Part shown: positions 23,943 through 38,977 of the stretch, one piece after another | Layout of the letters: each line of letters starts with the position of its first letter | Position numbering within the stretch: position 1 is the stretch's first letter | Assembly (NCBI RefSeq): GCF_009914755.1 | Contig: NC_060927.1 | DNA length: 64,000 bases | Strand: one strand, 5' to 3' | Source: the human T2T-CHM13v2.0 reference genome, Homo sapiens | Translations under genes and position numbers: made by a program | The notes under the pieces: generated by a model | Databases searched by the model: none | Told to the model about the DNA's origin: nothing | Seen by the model: the letters and a program-made list of their open reading frames with translations, nothing else

Positions 23943-25321
23943 AATGAAGAAAAGGAACACACTTGGTAACTAGGAAAAGGTAAGTAGAAAAAGTAAAAAG
24001 CAGTAAGATGTTGAAGAGACACATGTGCATTACAGAAACCGAGTGCCTCTAAAATTAACAAAGTTTGAACAGAAAAGACAAATTCTAGAACCACAAGGAG
24101 TGGTAAGAAATAAGTGATTTGAAGAACTAGTCTCTATTATGGAAACTAAAATTGTTCTCCAGGACCAGGAGAACTAGTTATAGCCCATTTGGAGTACCAG
24201 CAAGAATGTCAATATGTGATGTTCCTAAGGTTAAATATAATTTTAATAGGAAAGATGATGCAAAGTCACCTCTTTGTGTATATAAGGAATATTTATTCAT
24301 TTTTGTACTTGTAATTCTGTGAGTTTCCATAAGTGGGTTACTACTAATATTGTGGCACAAACAGTTCTTGAAATATCATCTCCCAATTCTAATTCATAAG
24401 ATAGAATAATAGCTCCCACACTGTAAAAATAATTATTTTTAGCTAGATTTATTTTAGAAAACAGCACTTGTAATGGCAAAAAGCCCAGGGCTAATGCTGC
24501 AGTTTTATAACTCTGATATTAATTAATACTATAATAGCAAATTAAATAAAGCTAAAATAATTTATTAGAAAGCAACATTTTGTATTCAGAAATTTATTGC
24601 ATTTAATTTCACTTCGTAATGATTTAGAATTTGAAATTAACCAGAAGATTTTTCATAATGATAAATGTATTTGTATTTTAATAAAATGAAGTTTGGATCC
24701 TTGCTGAGAATGACCATTATTTCTTATCCCATTGGGTTATTTGAAGCCAAAGCCTGCTACAACACTAATTCTTTATTTTGCTAAATATGGAATTTGATTT
24801 GGATTATTCCTCCTTATGTCCTTAGTGTATAAGTTTATATACTTCATATATTTTTACACTGATATTGATTATCAGATGTATTATAAGAGTTATTATTCCT
24901 TTAACTATCCTCTATTCAAACTGTTTATTTGCCCCATTTAATTTTTAGATAGCTCATGCCACCTATTCTTTTATAGACTCAAGTATGTATTGAATTTTAG
25001 GGACAGTTAAGATTGGGGTATTAAATAAGTTGAAATGCATTATGCACAAGACAAACTCAATACTGAACAAACACAATGGGCATTTTATATATACTCTTGG
25101 TGGTATTGCATAAAAAGCTATTTTGAAGTTGTACAACTAAATTATGAAATATATTTTCTATTACCATGGTATATAAGACATGACGTTTTTAGGTGTTTTT
25201 TTTTTTTTAATAATTGCAACTTTTGGCAGATACCATGAATTGGCTTGCTCAATACTTATTCTAGTTGCTTTTCAATTCTCATCCTCAATGACACATATAG
25301 AAAAACTAAAATCTGCATTTC

Positions 25322-26925
25322 CACAAAGAGGATAAAGGTGGAGGCATCACACTACCTGATTTCAAACTATACTACAAAGCTAAAATAATTAAAATAGCAT
25401 GATACTAGATTCAAATAAACACATTAAACAAATGGAACAGAATTGAGATTACAGAAATGAACTCATGTTTCTGTGGTCAATGGATTTTCAACAACGGTGC
25501 CAAGAATATGCAATGGACAAAGGACAATTTCTTCAATAAATGGTGTTGGAAAAACTGGACATCTGCATGTAAAAGAATGAAATGGGATCATCATCTCACA
25601 TCACGTAAGAAAATAAACTCACATGGATTAAAGACATAAACACAAAACCTGAAACTGTAAAACTACTTAAAGAAAATATAGGGGAAAAACTACATGACCT
25701 TGATCTTGGGCAATGATGTTTTTATGTTTGACCCCAAAAGTGAAGGCAGCAAAAGCAAATATAGACAAATTGAATTATATCAAAATAAAAACCTTCTCCA
25801 CAATAAAGGAAACAATTAACAGAGTGAAGAAACAACCCCTATGGATTAAAAAAAATGTTTGTATGTTATACATCTGATAAGGGATATATACTCAAAATAT
25901 ATAAGGAACTCAAACAACTCTATAAAGACAAAACAAATAATCCAGTTAAGAAATGAGCAAAGGAGTGAAGAGACATTTTTCAAAAGAAGATATAAGTTGC
26001 TAACAGATGGTACATGAAAAAATTACTAATCATTATAATGATGTAGTTTAAAACCACAGTGTGTTATCACCTCACACCTGATAGATGACTATTATCAAAA
26101 AGACCAAAGACAAGTGTTGGCAAGGATGTGGAGAAGAGGAAACCCTTTTACTCTTTTTGTGGGAATATAAATTAGTACAGCCATTATAGAAAACTATACG
26201 GAGGTTTCTCAAAAAACTAAAAATAAAATTAACATGTGATCCAGAAATGCCACTTCTGGGTATTTACCCTCCAAATTTGAAATCATTATATCAAAGAAAT
26301 ATGTGTACACCTATACCCACTACAGCACTATTCACAGTAGTCAGGTCATAGAATCTACCAAAGTGACCATCAATAGATGAATGGATGAAGAGAAAATATG
26401 CTATATATACACAGTAGAATGCTGTTTAGTCTTTAAAAAAATAGAAAATAAATGTCAGCTGTGATAACATAGAATTGGAGAACATTACACTATGTGAAGT
26501 AAGTTAAACAAAGAAAGGCAAATACTGCATATTTCCACTCATACTTGAAATCTAAAACCAATTAAACTTATAGAAGCAGAGAGTAGAATGGTGATTACCA
26601 GAGGCTGGGGCATAGGGGAAATGGGAGATAATAGTCAAAGGGTACAAAGCCTCAGTTAGGCAGGAGGAATAAGTTTGATTTTGTGAGTGTGTGTGATCTA
26701 TTGCACCGTATGGTGAATATAGCTAATAATTGATTACCATATATCTAAATATTGCTAAAAGAATAAATCTAAAAAGTTTTTATCACAAAAAACTCAAATC
26801 TTTGAGGTGATGGATGGGTTAATTAGCTTGATTTTGTCATTGCACATTGTATTAGAAATCATCATGTCAATTTATACTCTATAAATATATACAAGTATAA
26901 TTTGCCAAAGTATAATGAAAAAACA
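25322..26925 (+). mobile_element. L1MA (MA6-like) 3' 1.6 kb
   Basis: ggaggcatcacactacctgatttcaaactatactacaaagc; FNKWCWKNW..CKRMK motif; 3'UTR gaggtgatggat..aattagcttgat. Confidence 0.93.
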
Positions 26926-26929
26926 AGTA

Positions 26930-27330
26930 TAAGGCAAGGCACATGCATAACATTAATATTTATAGTAGCCATATTAAAAAGGTAAAAGGAAACAGGTGAA
27001 ATTAATTTCAATGACATATTTTATTTATCCCAGTATATCCCAAATAGTATCATTTTAATATTTAATCAATGTAAAGACTAAGATATTTTACATTCTTTTT
27101 TCACATTGTCTTTGAAATGCTATACGTATTTTATACTTACAGCACATCTCAGTTTGAACCAGCCACATCTTTTAATTTTTTTAATTGATGGATAGTTCTT
27201 GTATGTATTTATGGAGTACAATGTGACATTTTGATACATGTGTACATTATGAAATTATTAAATCAGTGGAACACCACATTTAAAATGCCAAATAGACATT
27301 GTGATGGGTGGCAGCCATATTGGAGAATGA
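26930..27330 (+). mobile_element. MER33 (hAT-Charlie) split by a ~100-bp L1MA tail
   Basis: tagtagccatattaaaaaggtaaaaggaaacaggtgaaattaattt..acttacagcacatctca; minus-strand L1MA end at about 27170-27267 flanked by ccacat repeats. Confidence 0.82.
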
Positions 27331-27366
27331 ACTTGCAGTGTCTGGTTTTTCTGTCCTCATCATGCT

Positions 27367-28085
<719 letters not shown>

Positions 28086-28299
28086 AAAAAATTTAAAAAA
28101 ACCTCTTGTTCTTCAATCTTTCTGGTTCTCAACTCTGTTTTCATCTGTACAAAGGATAATGACGCCCTATTAATATGATTTTGACGATTTTTTTGTATGT
28201 CATTCTGTACCTTTGCAGATGCATATCTGTTTATGGATGTATTTTTATACTTTATGCATAAACAGTCTAAGCATGTAACAAGCAAGGCAAAATATCCTA

Positions 28300-28515
28300 T
28301 TGGTAAAAGAGCATGATTCTGGACTCTACCACTTACCAACAATGTGATCTTGAGAAATGACTTCCTTTCTCTGTGTTTTGTGGTCCTCATTCATATAATG
28401 GGGTTTATAATAAAGACTACATCAAAATAAATATTGGAAATGTTAATGGTCATAAAACAATTGAAAAATTCTACCAGGTAGAAACTTTTAATTAAATGCT
28501 AACTGTGTTGTCATC
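28300..28515 (+). mobile_element. MIR
   Basis: ctctaccacttaccaacaatgtgatcttgagaaatgac..ctctgtg..cctcatt..ataatgggg. Confidence 0.65.
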
Positions 28516-28764
28516 ATATTATTGTAATGCATGTTCTATTTTGAGTAAGCAAACTTAGACCAAGGAAGCCACTAGTTTTGAATTATGCCTAGCTAGTCAG
28601 GTAGCCTCCTTTGAAATATATGACTAGGGAGCTATGGTCCTCAACAGTACATGGAACTTCTTCTTCCAACACCCATATTTTTAGGCAGTTTCATCCTATT
28701 TACTTATCGCACAATTGCACTAATGCTGAAGAAACACATCCTCATCTATAGGTTAACTCTAAAA

Positions 28765-28982
28765 CAGGGGTGTCCAATCTTTTGGCTTCCCTGGGCCACA
28801 CTGGAAGAAGAACTATCTTGGGCCACACATAAAATACACTAACAACAACAATAGCTTATGGGCTAAAAATATCACAAAAAATTTTCATAATGTTTTAAGA
28901 AAGTTTACGAATTTGTGTTGGGCCACATTCAAAGCCATCCTGAGATTCATGTGGCCCGTGGGCCGAAGGTTGGACAAGCTTG
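28765..28982 (+). mobile_element. MER30 (hAT-Charlie MITE)
   Basis: caggggtgtccaatcttttggcttccctgggccacactggaagaagaa...ggttggacaagcttg. Confidence 0.93.
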
Positions 28983-30113
28983 CAAAAATAGTTCACTAAA
29001 TGAGTGTTTCTAAGAGGCACTTTTCTTCCTACTATATATGTTGTTTTTAAAATCACTATTTAGAAATATTATATAGGTACAGAGAAGAATTAATTTAATA
29101 CAACCCAGTTGGAAAGAGGCAAACTCATAAAAATGAAATACCACTAAAAACTCCATTTTAGACCTTAATTTTAGTTAATTCAAAGCTTGCTGTATAGTAT
29201 CAGTAATTTAATAATTCTTTTCTTTTATTAAAACAAATGGCAACATTTTGTGAAGGCTATTAATGGTAAAGCTACTGAAAACAACTGGCATTTTTAACAG
29301 AAGATGAAAGCCATAAAAAAGAACAGTTTGTGTCTCAAAATCGTCGTATTATAAAGTTTCCATGTAAATAAGAAAGCTAATTATCTATTTATTTAATGTC
29401 TAAAGGCTCAAAAGCCCTGTTCATCAAGTTGTAGTTCTGAGGTGTATGTTTCCTAGTTGAAGTGATTTTGCTCTGTGTATTCGCATCCCTAATCATAAGT
29501 CAGTGGCCTTTAGAGGCTGCCTCTATTCTTTCAGACAAGCAAGTGCTATTTAGTGCACTGAAGCAGTAACTTACTTAACACTATTCTGGTGACCTATAAC
29601 AGCTGATGCAGTTTCCAAAGATAGTTAACTTTCAAACAGGCAGTATTTTACTGACTATTTAATAAGTACTGCTTCAATAGGCTATATAATGATGACCCAA
29701 AAGATTTAATGCTCCTCTCAAAATTTTGGGAATCGATGGGAATACAGCAATGGTGTTTTTTCAACAAGTCATGTTACGAACATGACTACCCACTGCTACC
29801 CTGACCACAGCAACATAAATATAAAATGCTTTAAAGTAGAGTTTAAACTTATTTTTATGAACTAAAAGCATTATAAAATCAAAACTCTACCTTGGGCTTA
29901 GAAATAGCTAAATATGTGCTGATTAATTAAAAATGCAGTCTGCAACCTGCATCCTATTATAAGGATGAAGTTACAGACTTCAAGTCTCAAGTTCAGGGTA
30001 ATTTTTATTTTCTAAATCCATCCTGTTTCTCATGTCTTCATTACATAATATATGCTTTCAAGTTGGTATTAGTAGCATTTAGTAACAGAAATAAACTAAA
30101 AATAACAGTTCTT

Positions 30114-30420
30114 GGCCGGGCACGGTGGCTCACGCCTGTAATCCCAGCACTTTGGGAGGCTGAGGCAGGCGGATCACGAGGTCAGGAGATCGAGACCATC
30201 CTGGCTAACACGGTGAAACCCTGTCTGTACTAAAAATACGGAAAAAAAATTAGCCGGGCGTGGTGGTGCGCGCCTCTAGTCCCAGCTACTCGGGAGGCTG
30301 AGGCAGGAGAATGGCACAAACCCGGGAGGCAGAACTCACAGTGAGCCGAGGGCAGTGCCCACTGCAATCCAGCCTGGGCGACAGAGCTAGACTCCATCTC
30401 AAAAAAAAAAAAAAAAAAAA
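30114..30420 (+). mobile_element. AluY
   Basis: gatcacgaggtcaggagatcgagaccatcctggctaacacgg and agaatggc; pure A tail; TSD aacagttctt. Confidence 0.97.
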
Positions 30421-31725
30421 CAGTTCTTGGGGAAGATTTTACCCAATTTTTCTATATTTAAACTAGCATCTAATGTATCCCAATTACATTAGATTGGATT
30501 ACATGATATTAATGTAATTCAATCTAATTACATTAGATTTACATTAATGCTTGGAATAATTTTACAACTTTTTATCAAATAATTTTATAGTTTCTACAAA
30601 TCAAATATAGTTAAGGCTGGGGCTAAGAACTAATGCTCAAACTAATTGTTAATTCCTACAACAAAATATCAGATATTTACAATCAAACCACCACAAATCT
30701 CCTGAACCACTATCCTCACACCCAGACTTCATTTGTCTATAAACATAGTTGTGGTTTATTTGAGCTCTAAAGTCTTATTGTTGCCAATATATTTAATAAT
30801 CTTCCTTTATTCCATTCCTCGATGGCCACCACCAGGCCTTCCAGTCATATCTATTCAATTAAAACTAAAAATGTATAAGGATTAAATATACAGATTTAAT
30901 AATCAAAGGAGTCAGTCTCTTTGGGTAATGGGCACTTTACATGCATGATTTTTTCAGAAGCTGTCCATGAAGTGCTTGGAGCCCCAAAGTAAGGCAGCTT
31001 TGCTTACATTATTTAAATGTCATTCTCTATGGATTTTTCAAAGGGGTCTTCTCACAGCTAGCTTATTCCCATTGAATAACATTACTGGTGGTTCTGTTGC
31101 AACAAAAAAAGTAACGTACAGAGAAATTTCCATAATAGATTTTTTTATACCAGGGGTTTTACAATAGAGTTGGATGAAGAACGGGGTATATTAGGGTATT
31201 ATTAGAGGCCATGGACTCCCCCTCCATCAAAAAGGTAGAAATTAACTTACACACTATCGTTTGTAAATTATTTCAAGTGATTTGTCAAAACCAATATACA
31301 TGTATGAATATTCTAGATGCTCCTCAACCTTCATTTAACAAACCTGTCCTATTCCAGTCACATTCTTTAGTCTAGTGAATTAAATTTGATTAAAAGAAAG
31401 GCTGATCAAATATTTTAAATGGTGCAAAAGAAGAGATCAATTTTCACTTTCCTTTAACTATATTCACAAGGGTTTACAATGGCATGTCTTGCATCTTTTC
31501 ACAGTTTCCCAAACCAAATATAAATTCAATTACTATTTTCTGAGTGAATAACAAATAATTAAAGAATAAAACAACAAATCTATTGAAGAAAAAAGACAAA
31601 AAGTACTTCATTTTATATTCATCTGATTTATTTTATGTGGTTATATTAAATCAGATAAATTGTTATCACACGAAAATTTCCTAGCTTAAAGGAAGGAGTT
31701 GGGAATAACCAATAATTGATATATT

Positions 31726-31783
31726 TTAGGTTGATGCATTAAAAGTTATATCAAAAACAGCAATTACTTTTGCACCAACCTAG
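31726..31783. mobile_element. MADE1 (Hsmar1 MITE), internally deleted
   Basis: ttaggttgatgca..aaaagt / caaaaacagcaattacttttgcaccaaccta TIRs. Confidence 0.85.
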
Positions 31784-32116
31784 TATTTATAAAATAAATC
31801 AGAAAAACCTGGTTCTTTTGCTGCATATTAGTAACAATACTCTAAATAAATACTAGATTCTTTGGTTAAAAGTTTCTTCCTAAACTACCTATATCAAAAG
31901 TCTATCAATAGCAGAAACAATCTATGATATCTTGCCACTTATAGATTTAAAGCAGCATGAAATGATGCCAAACTCAGCATCAGGTGAATCCTAGTATATA
32001 TTTTTTAATGCAGTCACTGTTGATTCCCTTCCAAAGTGCTATCAACAATCTTAAACTAGGTCATATTTTTTCCTGTTACTGCACTGGATTGCACAAGAAG
32101 TCTTTTGAGATTGAAG

Positions 32117-32180
32117 GATGATGATGATGATGATAATGATAATGTTGATTGTGTATGTGTGTCTGTGTGTGTGTGTGTGT
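32117..32180. repeat. (GAT)n and (TG)n microsatellites
   Basis: Visible runs. Confidence 0.85.
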
Positions 32181-35100
32181 AAAATTCAATTCAGCACCTA
32201 AAATGCTGTCTGAAATATGTAGACAGTGCAAACATTCTTCAGAGCTAATCATTCCAAGGGTGCTTTTTGTAATATTGGAAGTAGTTGTAGCGTATCTTCT
32301 GCATGTGGACTTTTAAAATAAACCTGCAGGCTTATCAGCCTTAACACAGAAGCTGAGCAGTTTCCTGTTATTCACTCAGGTAATGAACCTACACAATAGG
32401 TAGTCCTCCCCTGGGCAGAGCTAGGTTTGCATCTTGGCCTTTTTCTTCCTTAAATTTTAAAATATATTCTATCAGCTGCCATGCAGCAATATGAGCTTCT
32501 AACATATTCATAAATGAAATCTTCAGTTCAGCCTCTTTCAGTGGCAAATAAGCAGCCATAACATTTTGTAAATTCTCCCTCTGAAATAGCAGAGAAGAAA
32601 CTCGATATACTTACCAATGACCCTTATCAAATAGCAACTTTGTGGATCGCTCTTTGCCTTCATAGTCTCTCTGGAGGTTTCTAACTCTAATGGGAAGGCA
32701 ATGTACCATTGGCTATTATTCTTACCAGCAGTGAAACTTGAAGAAAGATGCATTCATTAATTCTGTGTTCTCATTGCAGTGTATAAAATCCCAGTGGAAC
32801 TCTCTTTACTTCCCTTTGGAAATTAATTGTAGTTTTTGCTATCTGTTATAGCAGTGGCTTAGATGCTGGCTCCCAGACCTTTTATGAGTCTCAAACCATC
32901 AATGTGAATGATAGTTCATTATATTTACTCTGAGTTATTCTCATAATATTCTTTTGATAAAATTTGATAAAAAATAGAGAACTTGTTTACTTTCCCTGAA
33001 AAGACAAAGCAGTTTTCATACTGTTTCTGAAATCCCAATCTTTACTAAAATGATTATTACTATGTTAAGATGAAAGAAGACTTTTACAAAATAATGTTTT
33101 TGGTAATTGAAAATGATAAAGATGTTAAGCCTTTTTTTTCCTCTGAGGTAAAGTAATTAATTAGGTAGTACATTTAATCGCAAATAATGGAGTCATAACT
33201 ATACTGGACTAAACACAAAATCATTTAGATAATTAGTTAGTCCGAGGCAGGCAGTTAGGGATAGTGATGATAGTGATTTGGATGTTGAAAAATATCAGGA
33301 TTAAGATCTTAGAAGTTCTCATGTTTTTTTTCTCGTAGGATCAAAATAACTGCTACAATTACATTCATCACATTCTATTTTAGACAAGAAGGAAAAGGAA
33401 GGGTAAAAAGCAAAAGGCTATTTGAATGCCATGACTTCTACAACTAAGTGTACATCTTCATTAAATGAAGAGAAATACATCACCAAGTCCTCACAAAAGG
33501 CAATTTCATTAAATAACATCATTCTTCAATGTAGATTTTCTTTTCTAATGTGTGTGATTTAAATCGTAGACAGAAAAATTACATTCTACTATAATGACAG
33601 TAATTCTTAGCTATCTGAATTATGTTATTTTATTTCAGAATCGTAACATCATGCATATCTTTGAATAAAAAGAGTTTGTAGCTAAAATGTTTATTATTTA
33701 TTATTATTGTACCTCTATATTCACGGTTATGTTTATGTGTATGGTACTTCCCAGAATTTAAATGCTATTCCAAAGAGAGTGATTTATAAGCTGACATACA
33801 CACTTCAGGGAAGGGTGTTTTTTTCTTCTCATGCATTGAAAATACCGTAAAATGTTATAATATTTTCCAAAGTACTTTGAAAATAAATTGTAAGCAGAAA
33901 TCACTATTAAATAGGAAAAGATAAATATTTACACATTAGGCTGACCTATTATCTTTCATTTTAGAACCTTATAAACAGGTTTAATACTGTATCTATATAT
34001 CATGAATTTTGAAGGTTGTACTCTTTCTGACAGGTATTTTAAAGTTCAATGTCTTATAAAAATTGCCTACACTTTCTATTATTATCCTCCATATATTTTC
34101 TTCCTAAAACAATTATTTTTTTGTTTGTATTTATTAAGGCTACCCATAGTCTCTTTGTAGATTTAGAAACTGCTGTACAGAGTACTTGAAAGTGTATGTC
34201 AGTTATTGATGATGTGTCCTTTAAAATCCATTGACCTTCTTGTGTTTTGGGTCATCCATTAAATGTTGATATTCATATTTTCTTATTTATACACAATATT
34301 GAGTATCTATAAAAATAAATAATAGATTAATTTGTTCATTCATTCATCCAACAATGTATTCAGCACTAATATTAAACATATATATTGCTAGTCAGCATAA
34401 TACAGTTAGGAAAAATTTGTCCAATGCCAAATTAAACCACATACATACACAACTATCTTTAAAATGACAAAGAAATTACAAGTAAGTTCTATGCAAGGAA
34501 TCTTCTGAAGATGTAAAATAGATACTAATAGCTAAGTATTTGAAATTGTGCGACTTGTAAAAAGAATCCCCCTCAATGTTTCCTTTAGTTGAATATGTCT
34601 GTAATTTTTATATGATTATTCATCGAACTTGTTATCTGGAATCCCAGGGCACATCAGATTATAAACAAGCACCTTCAAGAGGCTGGGTATATGGTATTTA
34701 ATTTTAAATGATCTATTTCATCTGGATGCTAGAGTCACAGTGAAGATGCAAAAAATAACTAATATCTTGACAGTGAGGGAGGATTTAGGACTCAAAAGGA
34801 ATACAGGCACAAGGTTAAAAAAAAATCCCCGCATTTCTGAAAGCAATTTAATGTAACAACAAATGGCACATTTAAATATAATAATAATTCCGAAGACTAT
34901 AAACACATATTTAGGGCTCCCGATTCAAGTTATATAATAGCTACTGATAGTGGAAGGAAATGTGTATTTTGCTAAATACAAAAGACATATTTACATTTTA
35001 AATAAATATTTACCATAATATTTAATATGTCATTTTTTCAGCAGGTAGCTATGTGGAAAACATATTTTAACATATTTAAAATTTGTCAAAGCTTTAATAA

Positions 35101-36114
35101 ATAATCAAAATAAGTAAATTCAATTAACTAACACTATGTATTTATATATTATTTGGTTTTAAACTAAATTTTAACTTCGGATGACTACTTATTAGCAACT
35201 ATTCTCATCTTCATTAGCACAACCTATGTTTTCAGTCATTCTGTCAAAAAAAAAATAACCTGAGATCTTCCACCACCTGTGAAATCATCTTTCTTTTTGA
35301 TGTGCTGTCTGAATCTGCAGGAATTTGAACAATGTATATTCAACAATTTGTACAGAAGTTTCTATGTGAAAACCACAGTTAACTGGCATCATAAATCCAA
35401 TGTGTTTACAATAATATTTTAGTGTCCCTTTTAAATTAATGCCCTCTGCATCTCCCTTGCTAGCCACCCTGTTAAACTGGCTCAACACAGAATGACTCGG
35501 GCAAAGCAACGTCTCATAAATCCAAACAGAACCACTAGGTAACTTTGTCCATGACTCGCATTGGACAATTATAAGTAATTTATAACTAAAGGCTTCTTAA
35601 AGACCTTAATTGATAGAATGGAAATTTTTGATAGTATCCACTTTTCAGTTAATTTGTAAGGAGTGTATCAGATGTAGATGTAGAGTATACTGTGCTCAAG
35701 AAAATAGTCAAGCTGTGTTCTGTATTTTCTATGATCGAATTTGAGTTGGAATTATGATTTTTTTAATATGCGTTCTAGAATATATAACAGACTATTAAAA
35801 AAACATATTTCTGTCATTTTAGAAAGTTTGACTTATAGTCAAGGACTTTTCTTTAGTTAAGTCAGAATCTTAAATGAACAATTAACTACTCAGTCCTTAA
35901 ATGTTGAAAAATAAAAACTATCCACTCATTAAAATATACGTAGTACATAAGACTATTCTTTTACATTTCAAATACAGAATTAAAAGTGGAAAAATACATA
36001 TTACATTGTGTTTTGATGACTGAAAAAGGCTTTGAGAAGAAAATGGACTGTAAGTCAACTTCAGAAACAGAATCTTAACTTGAATATATAAAAGAATCAA
36101 TAGCGAAGCTTGAC

Positions 36115-36232
36115 ATGAATCAGGATTTCATATAAGTAGTTCCAGGTTATAAAGCAGAAATCTGAATTTGCTAAGAGCATTGCAGAAGATTCTGCTGCAG
36201 ATGAACTTCAGTCCACACTCTGGGAGACACTG
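36115..36232. mobile_element. MER5-type fragment
   Basis: aaatctgaattt..gattctgctgcag..ccacactctgggagacactg. Confidence 0.55.
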
Positions 36233-37471
36233 CTTTAAAAGGTAAGTTAAGCGCACATAAAATATACAATGTAGGATCCATGAAAGGCAGGCATAAAAGA
36301 CGTGAAACATTTCAGTGTAACAGCAATTCAAAGTATGAGAAGGATTTTAATAGCTATTTCACAGATTAGGTTGATCCAGATCTAGTGTGTCTTGAATGCG
36401 CAGCTATGCATCCTGAATTTAATCTTATAGTTCATGGAGAGCTATTTTATTTCTGCAAGAAAATTTTTATTCAGGATGTAATTCAAAATTAATTTCTAAG
36501 TATCTCCCTGGTTGGGTATGGAAGAATACATGTGAAGTCAGAAAGATTAGTTAGAAAATCAGAGCAATAATAAATGAAGGGATGGAATCCTTATCATCAC
36601 TGGTTTAACGGTAACAAAAAGTAAATACATCACTATGGTTGAAGAAGTGAGCAAAGTTGGTGAGAGTTTATTCAGATGTAGAAGGCAAAAAAAAAGGAAG
36701 ATAACTCACTTTAAAATATAGAGCCCATAAATTTAACGTGTTCCTTATTTTTAAAACAAAAAACTAGATCCAGTTAAATGAAAAGAATGTCCATTTTAGG
36801 CATATTTTTACATCCCAGAGAATAATCCAGAAGAATTGCATTACTATAGTTCGGAAAGTAATTAGGATTAACTACAGGGTTAAAAGTATTTTTCATAAAA
36901 ATAAGAATCAAAACATCAAGATGAAGTGCTGGTTTTGAATGCATTAGTTGACTTCTACTTTATGTCTATTTTTTTCTGCTTCAGATTAATCTTAAATCTT
37001 CCCTATGTAAACCAGCATATCTCTTAGTAAGAAAGAAGAAAGAAAAAAAGAAAGGGAGGGTCGAGGGAAGAGGAGCGGGAGAAAGGGAGAGGGGAAGAAA
37101 AGATGCATGTTTATTTTCCTCCACTCACTCCTAAGTTTTATGTTCCCTAAGAGCCTTGTCTCCACAGCACAACTCAGAATCCCCTAGACAGTCATGCAGA
37201 TAACTGGATGACAGGTGGATATGGTAGTATATTCTGTTTATGAATTGTGCTGTTTATAAATGCCCAGTTTCCACTAACCCAACTTCTGAAAGCAGCTCCC
37301 TATTTCTTTTGGAAGCCATCCTGCTCTCATATTCAGTCCATGGGACTTAACTCCACCCCGTAACTCTGCTCAAGCTGTGCATACATAATCCATGCCAGAC
37401 CAATTAATGCAAGTTACCTTTGAGTCACATTTACTAGTTCACAGATATGTTCATAGCCTAGCTAATGTGAC

Positions 37472-37941
37472 TATATTAGTTTCTCTTAACTGCTGCAAAA
37501 AAAACTAAAACAAACTTCGTCACTTAGAATAACAGAAATTTATTATCTCACAGTTCTAGAAGCCAGAAGTCCAAAATCAGCTGAAATCAAGGTGTCTGCT
37601 GGGCTACACTTTCTCCTTTAAGCGGAGAATTTGTTCTTTGCCTCTTACAGTTTTTTTTTGTAGCTGTCTGTATTTGGTGGCTTCTGAAATTATCACTCTA
37701 ACCTCTGCCTTCAAGACCTCATTACTTTCATTTCTTCTGTATTATAGCTCTCTCAACCCTCCCTCTTATAAGAATGTTTATGTTTGCATTTGGAGCCTAT
37801 ACAATAATCTAGGATAATCTCTCCATCCCAAGATCCTTAACTTAATCACACTTGTAAAGACTTTTCCCTACAAAGTAACAGTCACAAATTTCAGGAACTA
37901 GAATATGGACATCTTGGACATCCATTATTTGGACCACCACA
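37472..37941 (-). mobile_element. MLT1C solo LTR
   Basis: tattagtttc..aaatttattatctcacagttctagaagccagaagtccaaaatca..aagatccttaacttaatcac..ccaccaca; perfect TSD gtgac. Confidence 0.9.
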
Positions 37942-38290
37942 GTGACCATTTCCCAATATTTTACTTTAAAATATTTGGGTAGTTGGATCATTTTGGTGTT
38001 ATGCTTGGAATGATTGGAAGATAGAATGAAGCCTCTATTGTTTCAATTAAATTGTAACTGTTAGAAGAGAATCTGAATGGAAATTCAATCCAGGTACCGA
38101 ATGAGGAAAAGGAGAAAACAAGCCTGAAATCTGGTAGTGTAATTTTAGCACCAATACGCAGCCATGTCTATCTGAAGTCAACACTATCATTTTGAATTTT
38201 CAGAATGACAATTCCTAAATTCCTTGCATTGCTTTGTTACTCCTGCTGCTGCAATTATTTAAGACACTTTGCAATTTAAATATAGATGTT

Positions 38291-38395
38291 ATTGTGCACA
38301 TGTACCCTAAAACTTAAAGTATAATAATAATAAAATAAAATTTAATAAATAAATAAATAAAAACAACTGCATCCTCTGGGGATGACCAAGCAAAA

Positions 38396-38432
<37 letters not shown>
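38291..38432 (+). mobile_element. Extremely 5'-truncated young L1PA with 3' transduction
   Basis: attgtgcacatgtaccctaaaacttaaagtataataat, A-rich tail, 28-bp unique segment, (AAAT)n; TSD aaatatagatgtt / aaatataggtgtt. Confidence 0.9.
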
Positions 38433-38434
<2 letters not shown>

Positions 38435-38977
38435 ATATAGGTGTTTTACTACTCTGTCTTTGTTTTCAAACAAACTTTCGTGAAGTTTTATTTGCTGGGA
38501 ACTGATGCTTGTAACCTAGAATTAAGATAATTCAGAAAGAATATTATATGTACATATATGCTTTCAAAACATAAATAAAAGGATTGCCTTTCCCTTCCAA
38601 TTTGCCTCTCTTTAGTCATCTGCCAACATATCTGGAAATGAAACAGATATAGCTCAATATATTTTTTATTATCTGCTAACTCCTATGCTCAGAAACAAAA
38701 TAAGCAAATCAATACTGCCTCTTCACTAAATATAGAATGCATGAATCAATACTACCCAGTTCCAGACAATGCAGGCTGCTTAGCTTCATGACACGGTCAT
38801 GCAGTCAAGAAAGAAACAATCCTACAAGAGAACAAGAGGGTTTATCTTGCCTTTTATTTTATACACATTAATCTGTTTAATTTTTGAAATTTTTTTTCAA
38901 CCCTCTGAAGAGTAAATCTCAGTATGACTACTATACTTGTTATTGACAAACTGTTATAGCTAGAGTCTCTTGGTGCC

